From Balanoglossus misakiensis (Eukaryota > Animalia > Hemichordata): 64,000 bases of DNA. The notes beneath the pieces are model-generated. The model made no database searches. It was not told where the DNA came from and saw nothing but the letters and a program-made list of their open reading frames with translations. Positions 51,901 through 64,000 of this stretch are shown one piece after another. Location: the NCBI GenBank assembly GCA_040954595.2, contig CM082582.2, forward strand, positions 13,762,154 through 13,826,153, read 5' to 3'. A program made the position numbers and the translations under genes. Positions within the stretch are counted from its first letter, which is position 1; the number at the start of each line of letters is the position of its first letter.

Positions 51901-54900
51901 GATCTGTCAACTCAAACAGGGGAAGATCTTCTAGAAATCCCTCAGCTGTTGTCTTTGAATCTGAAATTAAATCAGTAAGGCAATGAACAAAAATATAGTG
52001 CTCCTGATTTTCATTTTCCACCACATCAGTTTAGGAATGTTGTATCTGCATGAGTGCCAAAAAAGTATGGCAATCAGTATATGCAAATAGGAAACATAGT
52101 GAAAATATCAAGAACTGAAAAATGGTCTTTAAAAAAAAAACAATGGCTACAGTTACATACCTGACTCCACAATTGTAAGTGTATTTTCATACCAGGCAAG
52201 TCTGTGTCCCACATGGCCATTAAGCTGGTCAGGTGACTGAAGTAGATAAGCTGTACATGTTCTATCGTTGATTCCATGCAGTAGAAACTGCAAATTATGA
52301 ATAGTTCCTTTAACACTGACATCAGGGGCTGAAAATGAACACAAAATTGACAAAATTAAACCCCTCTCATTTATCAAGCATGTATTTTTACAAAAGATTC
52401 ACCCAGCAGAATATTTAGCTGTCAATAACAAACTGAAAACAAATCTTGGTCAACAATTTGATCCAAGTGTTTATTAAACTACAAATGTATGCTGTTCTCT
52501 TCCATGCAAATCAATTCAACAAGTCACTGTCAATGACTCAGTTCCCTCTTCCCACCAACTGAACTCTGTTGAAAAGATACTGCAAAAACAAAATGACATG
52601 CATATAAACACCACAGTACATTGTGTCTAAGCCATACAAAAACAAGTTCAGTTATGTCTCCCAGACCATAACTACCTGCAATATTACTTGGGTTTTTCAT
52701 GACAGCATCCTTCCAGTGTGAAGTAGAACACTGATGTCGTCGTCCTAGATTTGCCTCGCTGTCACAGAACTTACATTCCAGTCTCACCAAGGCACCAACA
52801 TCATTTTGAGACTCAGATAGCCATGACAGGAATTTCTTTGATCTGTTGAAAATGGCACCTTGAGTTGGTGCAAGTGAGCTAGGAGGTTTCACCCATAGTT
52901 AAAGAAAGTAAAACATTACACTGACCTGACCAGTGGTATGACAAATCAACATTCTTCATGTCAAATAAATTGGATGAAAAATAATGTGTTTGAAGGAGAT
53001 ACCAATTTCGCCAAACTTATTTATTTTGAATGGATAAAGAACTCTACATTGTAAGAGACAACATGTGCACTGTGACCTCATCCATTCACCTGTCCATATG
53101 TTGACCTATACATGTACTTCATTGCACACTGAAATACAGAATTGTTTGAAGTTGTTCTGTCAATGATTCTACAAAATTTTATAAAGGTTATTGCAAGGAT
53201 ACAGTTTATATTTCACGGGAGAGATGAGATAAACTGGCATTTCTTCCACTTTGACGATCTGAACTACATCCAAATTTCTGGCACCAATGAGACACATCTG
53301 AAGGATGACAATCATGTCAGGATGTGACAGAAAATATGCTGATAAATATAAAAACACTAAAAGATCTGATGATATTGATTAGTTCAAACGTTTCATTTTT
53401 TTAGATTGCCAAAAGATACTATCTGCATATGTCCAAATGTTAGCATGAGTGTCATGCACACAGCACATTTTGGCTCTATCAAGATATGACCTCATTGCAC
53501 TGACGTGACAAAATATCTGTTCCAAACTTAGTATTTTCACTTTGTGAAAACTTGGATAATACTACCTGAGGCTGTACAGATCTTTTCTTGTTTTTTTCTT
53601 TATTGAAGATTACTTTGAACTTTTCTACTGGAGCTCCCAAGTTGTCCTCTTTCCACTTGGTTAAGACAAATCCTGGTAGAGCTAGTGAACTCACACCCTG
53701 GAAATAGAATTGTTCACACTACCTCCTGTGTAAATTGACCATTCTAGCATAATTAATTTACAATATCCTTCAGAAATTCCTGGGGAGAACAGTTAAAAAC
53801 ATTTTTGTGATATAAGTGGGAAATTGTTAGAAAATCAGCATTACCCATGATTCTGTCAGAGTCATCCATCCTTTCCACAGAACATTCGGTTGCAAATACA
53901 ATAATTGGAGGGAATGCTGTGGATCCTCAGAGTCAATCAAAACATAGCTGGCACTTAGATGGACCAGCCATGGATTCCAACTCTTGGTTTTATTCTGTGT
54001 CAGATCTTTGCCACTTAAAAAGGTTATGTTTGCATGGTGCCATTCTAGAAGTCGTCTCAGACATCCAAATAAATGTAAATGTTCTTGCACTGGTAGGTCA
54101 GTTTCACCAGATGTCAGCCATACTACATCTAGCAGATATGACCCTATCAAAACAATGTGAATAAATGTTTACCCAACTCTCCATATCTAGCGCACATTAC
54201 TCTTGAGTCCTCAAGAACACAAGACATTTTTTCAAAAGACTGGATTATAAACATATACAAGACTGCACCTGAATGAGAGTGATCATAACAATTAAATTTG
54301 TAACACAGGCAGAATGACGCTGAAACAAACTTACCTGTCATGGGCAGTTTATCAGCAAGTAGATGTAACTTATCGGCAAAAACTTTACTGTCTCTCCTGA
54401 GTAAAATAAAACCAGAACAGCACAGTCATTGCATTTTGTTTACTTATTCAACCTTTTTGCAATGACTAAACTAATGTCCAAGTTACATGTCTCACTGAAA
54501 TGCATTGTACCAGGGATGTGTACATGTACATCCTGGATAATAAGGTCTCCAGCGCACAGAAGTGAGCCACCAAGTGACAACTATAGCAAATACTTTGTTT
54601 TTACACATGTATGTGTACAGGTATTTTTCTCTTGATTTTTAGTTAACAGTCTGTGAAAGTCCACTTATTTCACTCACAATGTATTGTTTTCTCCTGTTGC
54701 TGCTAGTCTTTCCTTTAAACGCTGCAAACACTTTGGAAGATTTGGCCTTTGTGAATGGTCATTACTCTCCTGTACTTTTTCCCATTCTGGATCAGTATTT
54801 TCCAAGTCTTCTGAGAACTTCTGTTGTACCACACTTATGTAATGGCCTCTGTGTCTTTCCAGAATAGATATACCCTCTATAACATAGAAGACAGTGGCAC

Positions 54901-55919
54901 AGAAAATGCTTACAAACTTACAATTGCAACTGTGTGCAATTACTGTACTAATCATCAGTATAGTACGTAGTTGGGGTGTTAGATTGGATTTACAATTCTA
55001 ATCCTTACTGCCTTAGTTGGCATGTTGCAAACCATATGACCATGTGAAAAGTCAGGTGACTTAAGTCTGGGCCAAAAATCTGACAGCCAAGAAGAGGGCA
55101 CTTCTACCATAATAGTGCAAAATTGCAGAATGATAGCAGATTTGCTTCATTTCCTGCAGACTACAAAAAAAAAAAATACAAATTTGATTTGCTCAAATAT
55201 CAGAAGTTACATGACGACGTGTAAATTGTACGCTCCTTACCTTTTAAAGACAAATATGACTGTTCTGCTTCTCCACTGTTACTATCACATGTACTTTGTT
55301 GTATGATTGATGTCAGATTATTTGCAATATCCACTGAAAACAACACAAACAACTTTAAACAACTTGGATCCAAATGTGATGTCACTATCATGCACTGTGT
55401 CTTCTTGGATTTTTTGAACATTAATACAGTCATGAACTGAATTCGATGTGGAAAAATAATTTGAGTACATGATGTGTATGTACTTGAACACACGCCCCCA
55501 CCCTAGTTTGAGCGCTTAGAATAAACGCTGTCATCTACGGTGCGACCTGTGGCTGCAGGCTGTGTCCGTAGCCCTAGTAACCACTCCTCCCAACAACCTA
55601 CAGCAAGGGGAGTATTAGGGCTGTGGACCCGAAAGGGAGTGTATACCATAAGTGTAGCTGGGTTGTAGTGTTCAGGGCTACGGACCCGCGGTGCAGCAAG
55701 GGAGTCTGTACATGCTATTGCTATAGCTCTGTGTGGCAGGGCTGTGTTGTTACGGCTCTGCACAGCCCTGCCACGGCACAGTACTACGGACGCAGACCCG
55801 CACCAAAGGCAAGCGAGGCGAATCACTGGAACGTACTACTATCCATTTTTAGGATGTCACTTACCAGTCATTGGGTCCGTGGCCCAATCTGTTACGAGTA
55901 TGACGATAAATCGTTCCAT
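48950..55919 (-). CDS. MTBP: Mdm2-binding protein (MTBP, Sld7-like Treslin partner in replication initiation), multi-exon
   Basis: Exon 1 55865-55919 MERFIVILVTDW (cf. vertebrate MDRYLLLVIW); exon 2 55241-55333 in phase; SPSEWPERQAL, LDVREFLKYF, LSYHGI, ESRSERHKR, CATRLYTLSKSFLKDLKTSHGLEQEM...VEQVVKFEIRRVCKL* (TGA 48950-48952) match MTBP middle and C-terminal motifs. AATAAA on - strand at ~48567-48572. Confidence 0.9.
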
Positions 55920-55966
55920 CTTGAGATTGTTTTGGAACTACCGGGATCTCATCGAAAAAGCAAAAC

Positions 55967-55992
55967 TCCCGCGAAATGCAGCCGCCATGTTT
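55967..55992 (-). promoter_or_regulatory. E2F-like site and YY1-like motif at the MTBP 5' end
   Basis: Minus strand reads AACATGGCGGCTGCATTTCGCGGGA: YY1-type ATGGCGGC followed by E2F-type TTTCGCGG, fitting a G1/S replication gene. Confidence 0.5.
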
Positions 55993-58900
55993 AGATTGAT
56001 ATCACCAGGAAAGAAGAGGATTGTGGGTAACAATTCCTATACATGTTGCTAGGAAACCTGACTAGCGGGCAGGCATACAGCCAGAGGTTCTGGGAAACGA
56101 TGATGGCGGTGAAAAGCTTGTGGTAGCTGTCTGATCTGAGAACAAACAGGCCACAGACAGATAGGGAGAGAAATATACGTATTAAAGGTTTACAGAGTAA
56201 ATATTGGCCGACCGGCCGGTGATACCAAATAACCCAAGCAAACGCGAAATAGACCACGTACATACATTCATGACTATAAAATTAATATCAATAAGGGATG
56301 GACTAATTGATATCCTGGAGGCGGCCGAATGATTTTCGAGAAAAAAAAACATGATGGGCTAGCCAACTTTGGATAAGTTGTATGTCTCCGCACTATATCA
56401 GGTAAAAAGGTCTGCTTCCAGTATAAAGGCCAATTATTGATTCCCGGTATTGACCTCGGCGGTCTCTGAAGCTGCAAGTACGCTCTTGAACTGCAATTCT
56501 CGAGTCGATCCCTTGTTCTCATTCTTGGACAGAATTATTGCCGTCACAATGGTCGACAACATTTTCTCTAGCTTCCCCTAGTCCCAAAGGGGTTAGGCCT
56601 ACCCCGCCGAAATGTAAGAGATATGTAGTCCAAATACTTTCCACCGTATTGGTCTCCAATCACTGTAGGTTTCATATCCAGTATTTATAGAAATATCGCC
56701 TTACACTATTCATCTTCACATGTCGACTAATGTTACCAAGCAATGATATTATATCACCTTCGATGTCGTGTGTTATATTAAAAAGAACCCCCATCGCCAA
56801 GAGCTGAAAAAGATCACATCAATCAACAAATTCCCTTTGCCTTGTTTGAAATAGCGTAATAAACCACAAAGAGTAGTTTATATAAAGCAGGCCAATTGTT
56901 CGCCTGCTACTCACATAGGCCCCTATACCGGCCGATTCCGTGCACGCGGTAAGACGGTAACTGATAAGAGCCACTGTACTTGACGTGTTTATTGCAGAAT
57001 AGTTCGTGAATCATCGATCATGAACGATCGATGAACGAAAGAAAGTGTCGGTTATAGGAACGAGGATGTGCCGGAGCGATGAGGACGGTTATATTTACGT
57101 CATGGACATAGTTCAAATTCCGCCGGTCACATCCCTTTCGTCAACCATTAAAATCTCCTGTCAGAGAAATGTGTTCTGTGCAGTCTGCCACTAATATATT
57201 TGCAAGTCGACAGTACAAGTCTCCCAAAGAAGAACTGAAAACTGACAGACAGTTAGTGTGTATATGGGAACGTTTTATCAATGGACGGTTTCAGTAGTGC
57301 CACCATGCCATTATGCCTGCATTGATATATACAATAATTAAACTGGATAATTCTTTCGATGAGTATCTTTCCCTTTGTTTCGGTTTGAAAATATACCAAA
57401 AATTTCCATTTTATTATTGAAAAACTCCGGGCATATCGAAATATGAAACATAAACTAATCGTAATCATATTTAAGTAGTATGAAACGTATTTAACTAGCC
57501 CTGGGCAGTTGTTTAATCAGTGGTGCGTTCTTACGTAAAAAAATTCCATTCTATCAAGAGGTAGGTCAAGCGAATTGGCCCAGAAAAAAATGGAATCGTA
57601 TTTCCCAAGAAATTTCGACGTTTTTCCCGAAGCTAATTGTATAGGTCGTTTATATTGACACGGGGGTGGGGGGGGGGTTATTGCGGCGAGTGGAAATAAC
57701 TAAACCAGGCCGACATATGTCACTGAACAACTTATGAGGTTTATTTCGCCTTTTGGGACTCTATGCGTATTATATGGTCCAAAACGTGTTGGGGAGGTTT
57801 GAATCTTTGCGTGTCAGATCAATTTTTACTTCGAGTCGACGTCTTTGAAAATTGCATCTGTTACGTGCATCGTCGCTTGCCATGTTAAAGCATCTGGGTT
57901 GTGCTGGAAGTGGAAGACCCTGATTTATCCGCACACCTTCGTTGGTTTTCTAAATATAATGTATAGAAATTCGCGGCTCTCAGTCTGATATAGAATCCGT
58001 CAAATTTGTGGCTCTCAGAACAAGTTCTATCTGAATACGGTCGGATTTCTCTTGCTTCGACAGAATCAAGAATGCTCTATGGTTCACTGTTCAACTGTTC
58101 CGATGCGAAGAGTCGCTGTTCAAAGTTTGGTCCGGTGGAACGAAATTAGCAAAGTTCTGGCTAGCTGCAAATTGCAAGTACAAGTTCTTCGCCTTTACCA
58201 CTCTTTCATTGGCCGGGTCTTTCGATCCCATAATACCCCATAAAGGAATTAAGTTGCAAGCGTTGCAGGAGTTGACTCGAAGCAGGTTCCAGGTGGCAAG
58301 TGAAAATCAATCCAACGAGACCATGTAACGTACATTTCATTCGGAAATTTCGGCAAACAAATTGTTGGGGAAACTGCGCGCGCACGCTCACACAGTGGAA
58401 TGGACTCTCCAAGTGTGTGAGTGGTTTCAGTGTGTCCCAGTTCTTACTTTGGGTAGATCCTTTAACCTGCACCGCAGATCTTGTTACGGTTCCAATCTTT
58501 TAACAAATGTTATCCAGTTTACTCATCGTATAGGCTGACAACTTCCAAGTGAAACACGAGTGCCCACATCAAGACATCGGCAACTTCGTCCACTTCTCAT
58601 GCTGCATATTCTGGTAGGTTGGGTTTACTCTGAGATATCGTGACATTTTCATCGATTTCTAACTTTATTAACTTTCAAAATGAAGTCCTGAAATATATGC
58701 GAGCGGATGACACGAGAAACGTTTAACGAATGCCGTTGTGAAACGTCGTGCATGGGACACCACCAACCGATGCATGGTAACTATCAGATGTGGTGAACGC
58801 AGCAAACATTTCCAATGTTTGCCATGGCGGTGTGTACATTGTAAAAGTTAAGCTACAGTGCGTTAAAGGTCTGAATAGTAACCCCCTTTGAGCTATTTTC

Positions 58901-61900
58901 TCAGTATTTTGGGGATGTCAATTGTAGTTTCCTACAATGTAAAAAGCTACAGTAACTGGGGCCTTCAAGTAACAAATAGTGTTACTGAGGCTTTCAATGA
59001 TCGCGTAGATGCTACTGCGGTGACGACCGGTTTGGCGAGTACAGTTTGTTGAGAGCTTGCAATGTGTGATTAAACCAAAGAAGTATTGCTTACATGTAAA
59101 ACATAACAAGACGTAACAAGAATATGTTCTGTATCGTCTATTAGCACATGGCATTTGAATCAAATTCAGGTTTTATGGACCAGAGATACCATTAACTATG
59201 GTTGTTTACAAAGAGGAAGAATAACGACCATGTAGATGCTTGCACCTACGCCGATAGTCTCGTCTGTAACATCGATTCAGCTCAACAAGTCGCGCCCCTG
59301 TTTCTCCATCCACTCGCTGATTGAATAATTTGTTGAGGGGCTGTTCTCCGCAAAGTATGCATACGTGGCGCCGGACAGATCAAACCAGAAATACGAACCA
59401 GACTGGTATCCGCACACAAAGTGATTTATGGACCATTTGGATGGTGTTAGCAACTTGTACGCACTTTCATAGGTATGAGTTTACAATCAAGTAAACCCAT
59501 CCGTTACAAATTGATAAAGTGTTTCTTAATAATCGTGGGATTTCTACCATAAAACGCGGGTGACGACACGATCAGTTATTGCCTTCGTGACGACGGGCGA
59601 CTTTGTGTTATTTTGTAAAATAATCCCTCAGTTATTGGTTGTCATATTGACACTTGTTAACTTCGACAGAATCCTAATATTTAAATCACGTGACACGTTC
59701 ACACACAAATAGACACATGTAAGTTTATGGCGATCAATGGTTCTGCAACAGTTTCTTGGAAAACAATCTTTTTGGAGGCCTAAACCTCTTGACTCAAACA
59801 AAAATCCGTCTATTATGTTTACTACTACAAGCCTCGTGTTCCTTTGGCTCGGATATTGTATAAATTAACCGACGACAACAGACCACGGGGAATATGACAC
59901 TTTGCAACATCATACATACTTGACATTTTCATACACAAATATCAATGTCTTGCATAGAGCCATATTAATACAATGAGCAATTCAAATGATACTAATTCAT
60001 TCCTCGACCTGTCAAACACTACAAATCCGATTACTTTTGGCGTGAAATGAAGCAGCATATATTCTCTGAGTTGTTCTTCTCCCATTAGAGTACCGTAAAC
60101 GCGGCCTCAGAACGCGGGTAATAACTTTTGAAAAATACAGCAGCCGCTTCCAGTCAAAGTTGTCGAGTGATGGTTTGTGTCAACGTTTGCCTCGATGCTA
60201 TCGGGCAGTCGTCAAACTAGTATTGGTGTCAAAGGTCATGCAATATCTTTTGACGAATAAGTTTAAAAGTAACTTTCCCACAGCGTCCCTTCTCGTTATC
60301 CATTTCCCATTAAGGGTTCTTCTAGCAACATGGATCCAGGAAGGTCGCCATGTTTTGGGAAAGCCGTTTTCGGGAAATGTTTCAATTGCATTGCGGTCAC
60401 AATAACCTCGGGGCTTAAGATCAACACACACACGGCAGAACCAGAGGCGCGGTTGTCACTTTCCAAGTTTTTTTCTCCTATGCTGTGGAAATTTTCTCAG
60501 CGATTGTAAATTGTGAACATGTCACAAACCTACATAGTCTTAAATCAATACTCAATCAAAACTTTTCATTCATTGGAGGACTATTGCTGTTGTTCTGTCA
60601 AAAGTTACGAGTCTTTTGCTACTGCGTGGTCTGAATATCCCGTTCATAGCTACAGAATGAATGTGAGATGACAGTTGATTTCATGTCACTTGTGTACAGC
60701 AGCATCGGGGGAAGAAAAGATTGGAAAACTACTTTCTGTTATCAGATTCAGTTCTTGTCTCGTTCGAGAAGATTTAGGGCGGAGTTTATTGCTCATAACA
60801 GCTAGTACTATCAGATTTGTTGATTTCAACAATATTTAGCAAGGTACGATTTATTGAAACCGTTCAAGGAACCGGGACTCTGTAATTTCTACATGCTTAA
60901 TTTTATGGAGTACGGGAGCCCTTTGACTTGTTGGTCGTCGTATTTTTACAGACTGTCATGGTGTGACCGTCTTTGAGTGTGTGAATTTGTGAGAAATGGA
61001 GTTTGAGCTCAGTGTATCAATCTAGTGTTAGCATCTGCGAGTTATAATAAGTTCAAGCGAGCGTGCATATTTAAGTCGGCCACAAAACGTCGAACACCAC
61101 CGACGCATTGTTTGAAAGTCAATATATTCAATGGAGAATGAAGTTGTCGACATTTTATCATCCCTTTAAAAACTCTCTGTCGACTTTATGAGGCGACAGT
61201 TTGCCATTTAGGTGATTAAACGCTCATGTGAAGACTTCAATAGCCATAACAAAAACAGATAATTGTAATCCCCGACACACTTTTGAAGAATGCACTTGTC
61301 CTAAAACTATTCGCATACATATATTTCAAGTAATCTTTTCGCGAAATACGCACATGATGCACTGCGATAATATTTGTGGCTCAACAAAATGTGATTCATT
61401 TTGTTTTTATTTTCCTTTATGTCTGTATGTGTCTATCGGCCTGCCTGTGTGTGCACCAAACCGTAAAGAAGGAAATGCATGTGTGAAAAAAGAAAAGAAG
61501 TGCAATACTATACAAGTTAAACGTAAACGTTAAAAATGGTTCATGATTAATGTTACTCTTGTATGCTATTCGCATCACTGGAGATCTGCCATGAGAAATT
61601 GTGTGCCACATTTGAATTCTCTGCTTATTTCATGTTAGTTCAAAAGTGTAGAATTAGATCATGCTACACCATAGCAACCGTTGCCACCATCCTAAAACAG
61701 TAAAGGAACGTGATATGAACCTTGTTATTTATAAATAACGATACCACAGCTATATTTATCATAATGGGGGCAACTACAGAATAAACATACGATTTCTTGA
61801 TAGCACGTCCGTTGATAAGGCCCCCTGGAAAGATTTCTGGCGTTTTTATTTTTTACTTATTATATGTTGTATATCATTACCGGTGAATCCTGGGTAGGAA

Positions 61901-64000
61901 ATGTTACAGGCACATTCACCACATAGGGGTCAGACCGTTTGTTTACTCTTTGCATGCAAGGCCCGTGAACAGGCAGTCCTCAAGATATACATGTGGTGTC
62001 TGTAAGTAAGTCTTATGAGGAAAATTCTTTTAAACAATTTAACAGCACAATACTCATTGATATAAACCACAGATTATAGTACAAGGTATAAATGATAAAA
62101 GCATGTTCAGAGAACACAAGATGTTTAATTCAATCCAAATTCCCACGACGAGATCACGACATCCATGACATAGGAATAACACAGACCACTTTAATTGGTT
62201 CTGTTTAGATTTTGTTCTAGAATGGTATTTATCAAATGGATTACAACTCCACTCAACAATTATCACATCACTTTTTATAAACTTTGAACTGTCTTTCCCT
62301 GACGTGACGAAAACTACTAGTAAACGTCACATATAACCAGGCTTCTCTGATACACAGAACAGCTAGTCAAGCAAAGTCAAGAAGTTCGTCCAAGCTAATT
62401 GCCGAGAGCACTCAAAGATTTCTGCATTCCCATTCCCTTCTCAGAAATTACAGATAGGTAACCGTAAGGCTCTGAAGTTACTGATACGTATAAATACCCT
62501 TGCTGTTAAAAATCTCGCCCTAGATTCGTCAGGATTTTGTAAACTTGAAAGAGAGCTGTGCAACTCTAAATATTTGGGAGGAGGAATTTCTGAACTTGCG
62601 CCAAAAGAATGTATCCCGGCATTGCTCTTGAACACAATAGTCTGATGGGGGTCTCTCTACGACTAAATTGGCAGTTGAGATTGGTGTCCCTAGTTCTGTT
62701 ACACGCATACTGAGATCTCGCAGAATTTAACACCTTGGAATTTTATCGTATCGTATCGTACCATGTGGTGTTCTGTCGGAATTCTTGATTCTGTAAACTC
62801 CGTAACGTAATATATGAACGATATTCAAAGAGAAATTGAAATGCAACTTCTATGATACAACTGCTATAGCAATTATAACGCAGGATAATTATTTCTATAT
62901 ATAAGAGTAACTGAAACCACTGTTTTTTATTACTACCCCAGATTTTGAATATTAAATACCTGGAATTTACTTTAGTTTGTAAGTACGACATTTATGACCT
63001 ATTTTACACCCATGTGTTGAAAAACACACCATTCTGATAAAGTCATTTGTGATTTTTGTTCGTGGATAAGAATAAACTTTGATGAAGTAATGCGATGACA
63101 GAGTTGACATGCAACGATATAGTGTAACCAGACCGGGTTATAGTTTTACTAACCGATAAAACCCCACATAGCTACTGCTCCAGAAATCCCAATTATAGTA
63201 AATGATACTTTAATTCTTTGATGTAAAGACTGGAAAATCGTCTTGTTCCCAATTGGGAAACTCAAAACTAAGTTGAAGTTGACCCTGGAGTGTATTTTGC
63301 TCTGTATAAGAAAATAAATTCTCTTAAGTGAAAGTTGGCAAGTAACGTGTCTTCTGTAGCGCTGGAAGACATGAAATGCACAGCAAGCCATTTCTACTAT
63401 TACAGCGGGTGCCCAAGAATTCTGAATACCAAAGTTGATAAACCCCTATCAATTTCTCTCGCCATGTTTCAATATTCACAGGAAAATACCGAAGAACTTT
63501 AGTCAGTGTTTACAACATACACTGTGCCTGCTGAGTAGCATCTCCCTTCGAAAGGGAGTAAGAATTTTCAAAATAATGTTGTGTTTCTTATAGTTGTCGT
63601 CTTTGCAAATTAAACAAATTTGAAGCCAAGTCGACAATCTTCGAAAATGACGTCATTGAAAATAAATCGTCAATCAACAGAAAGGCCAAACCATTACATG
63701 TATAATGTTTTCGTCATGTAAATTATACACACGCTCTGTCCCCGGACAATAAAAACGTCGATAGAGTTGACTTTGGAGAATTACACTGTTTTACCACCTG
63801 TACATTCTTCTGTTGCGCTGTCTATGAATAGGTATTTGCTAAATATACACACTGGATTAATTTTGTAAGCTTATCGTCATGACGAGAAACTCTCTATTGT
63901 TGTGTGAAAAACCTCAGTTAGGTTCACTACTAGACGTCACGACAACTTGCTATCTGTGCTTTCTGTGACAACGTACTATCCTGTACCTCCCCTGCAAACT

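Noticed and set aside
16335-55919. Functional operon-like cluster (spindle, telomere and replication genes beside a satellite)
   Set aside because: Mixed orientations, unrelated genes interleaved and separate promoter-like regions; housekeeping genes commonly neighbour each other, and conserved synteny would be needed to claim more.
55987-56052. Divergent + strand gene starting at GCCGCCATG
   Set aside because: Only ~70 bp from the MTBP ATG, unrecognisable peptide and no downstream exons; better read as the minus-strand ATGGCGGC motif.

Overview
Animal (invertebrate-type, AT-rich, intron-rich) genomic DNA; the species cannot be determined from the sequence. Bases 1 to ~15.9 kb are a tandem 87-bp satellite (~180 copies) with internal dyad symmetries, local higher-order duplications and a diverged edge; all long ORFs in this part of the track are artefacts of the repeat. 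Five spliced genes follow, tightly packed: TUBGCP3 (-), a CUB-CUB-LDLa-LDLa single-pass membrane protein (+, Neto-like architecture), cathepsin A/CTSA (+), a very large (~1,466 aa) TIN2/TINF2-family shelterin-like protein (-) and MTBP (-). The last ~8 kb has no supportable gene. The most unusual item is the TIN2-like locus: it has an N-terminal extension resembling TRF1 helix 1, an FxLxP motif in a 3-kb exon, and a first intron holding a 202-bp MITE (51-bp TIRs, 8-bp TSD) that carries head-to-head TTAGGG/CCCTAA tracts. Gene models were assembled by eye from splice signals and remembered family motifs; no database search was run.
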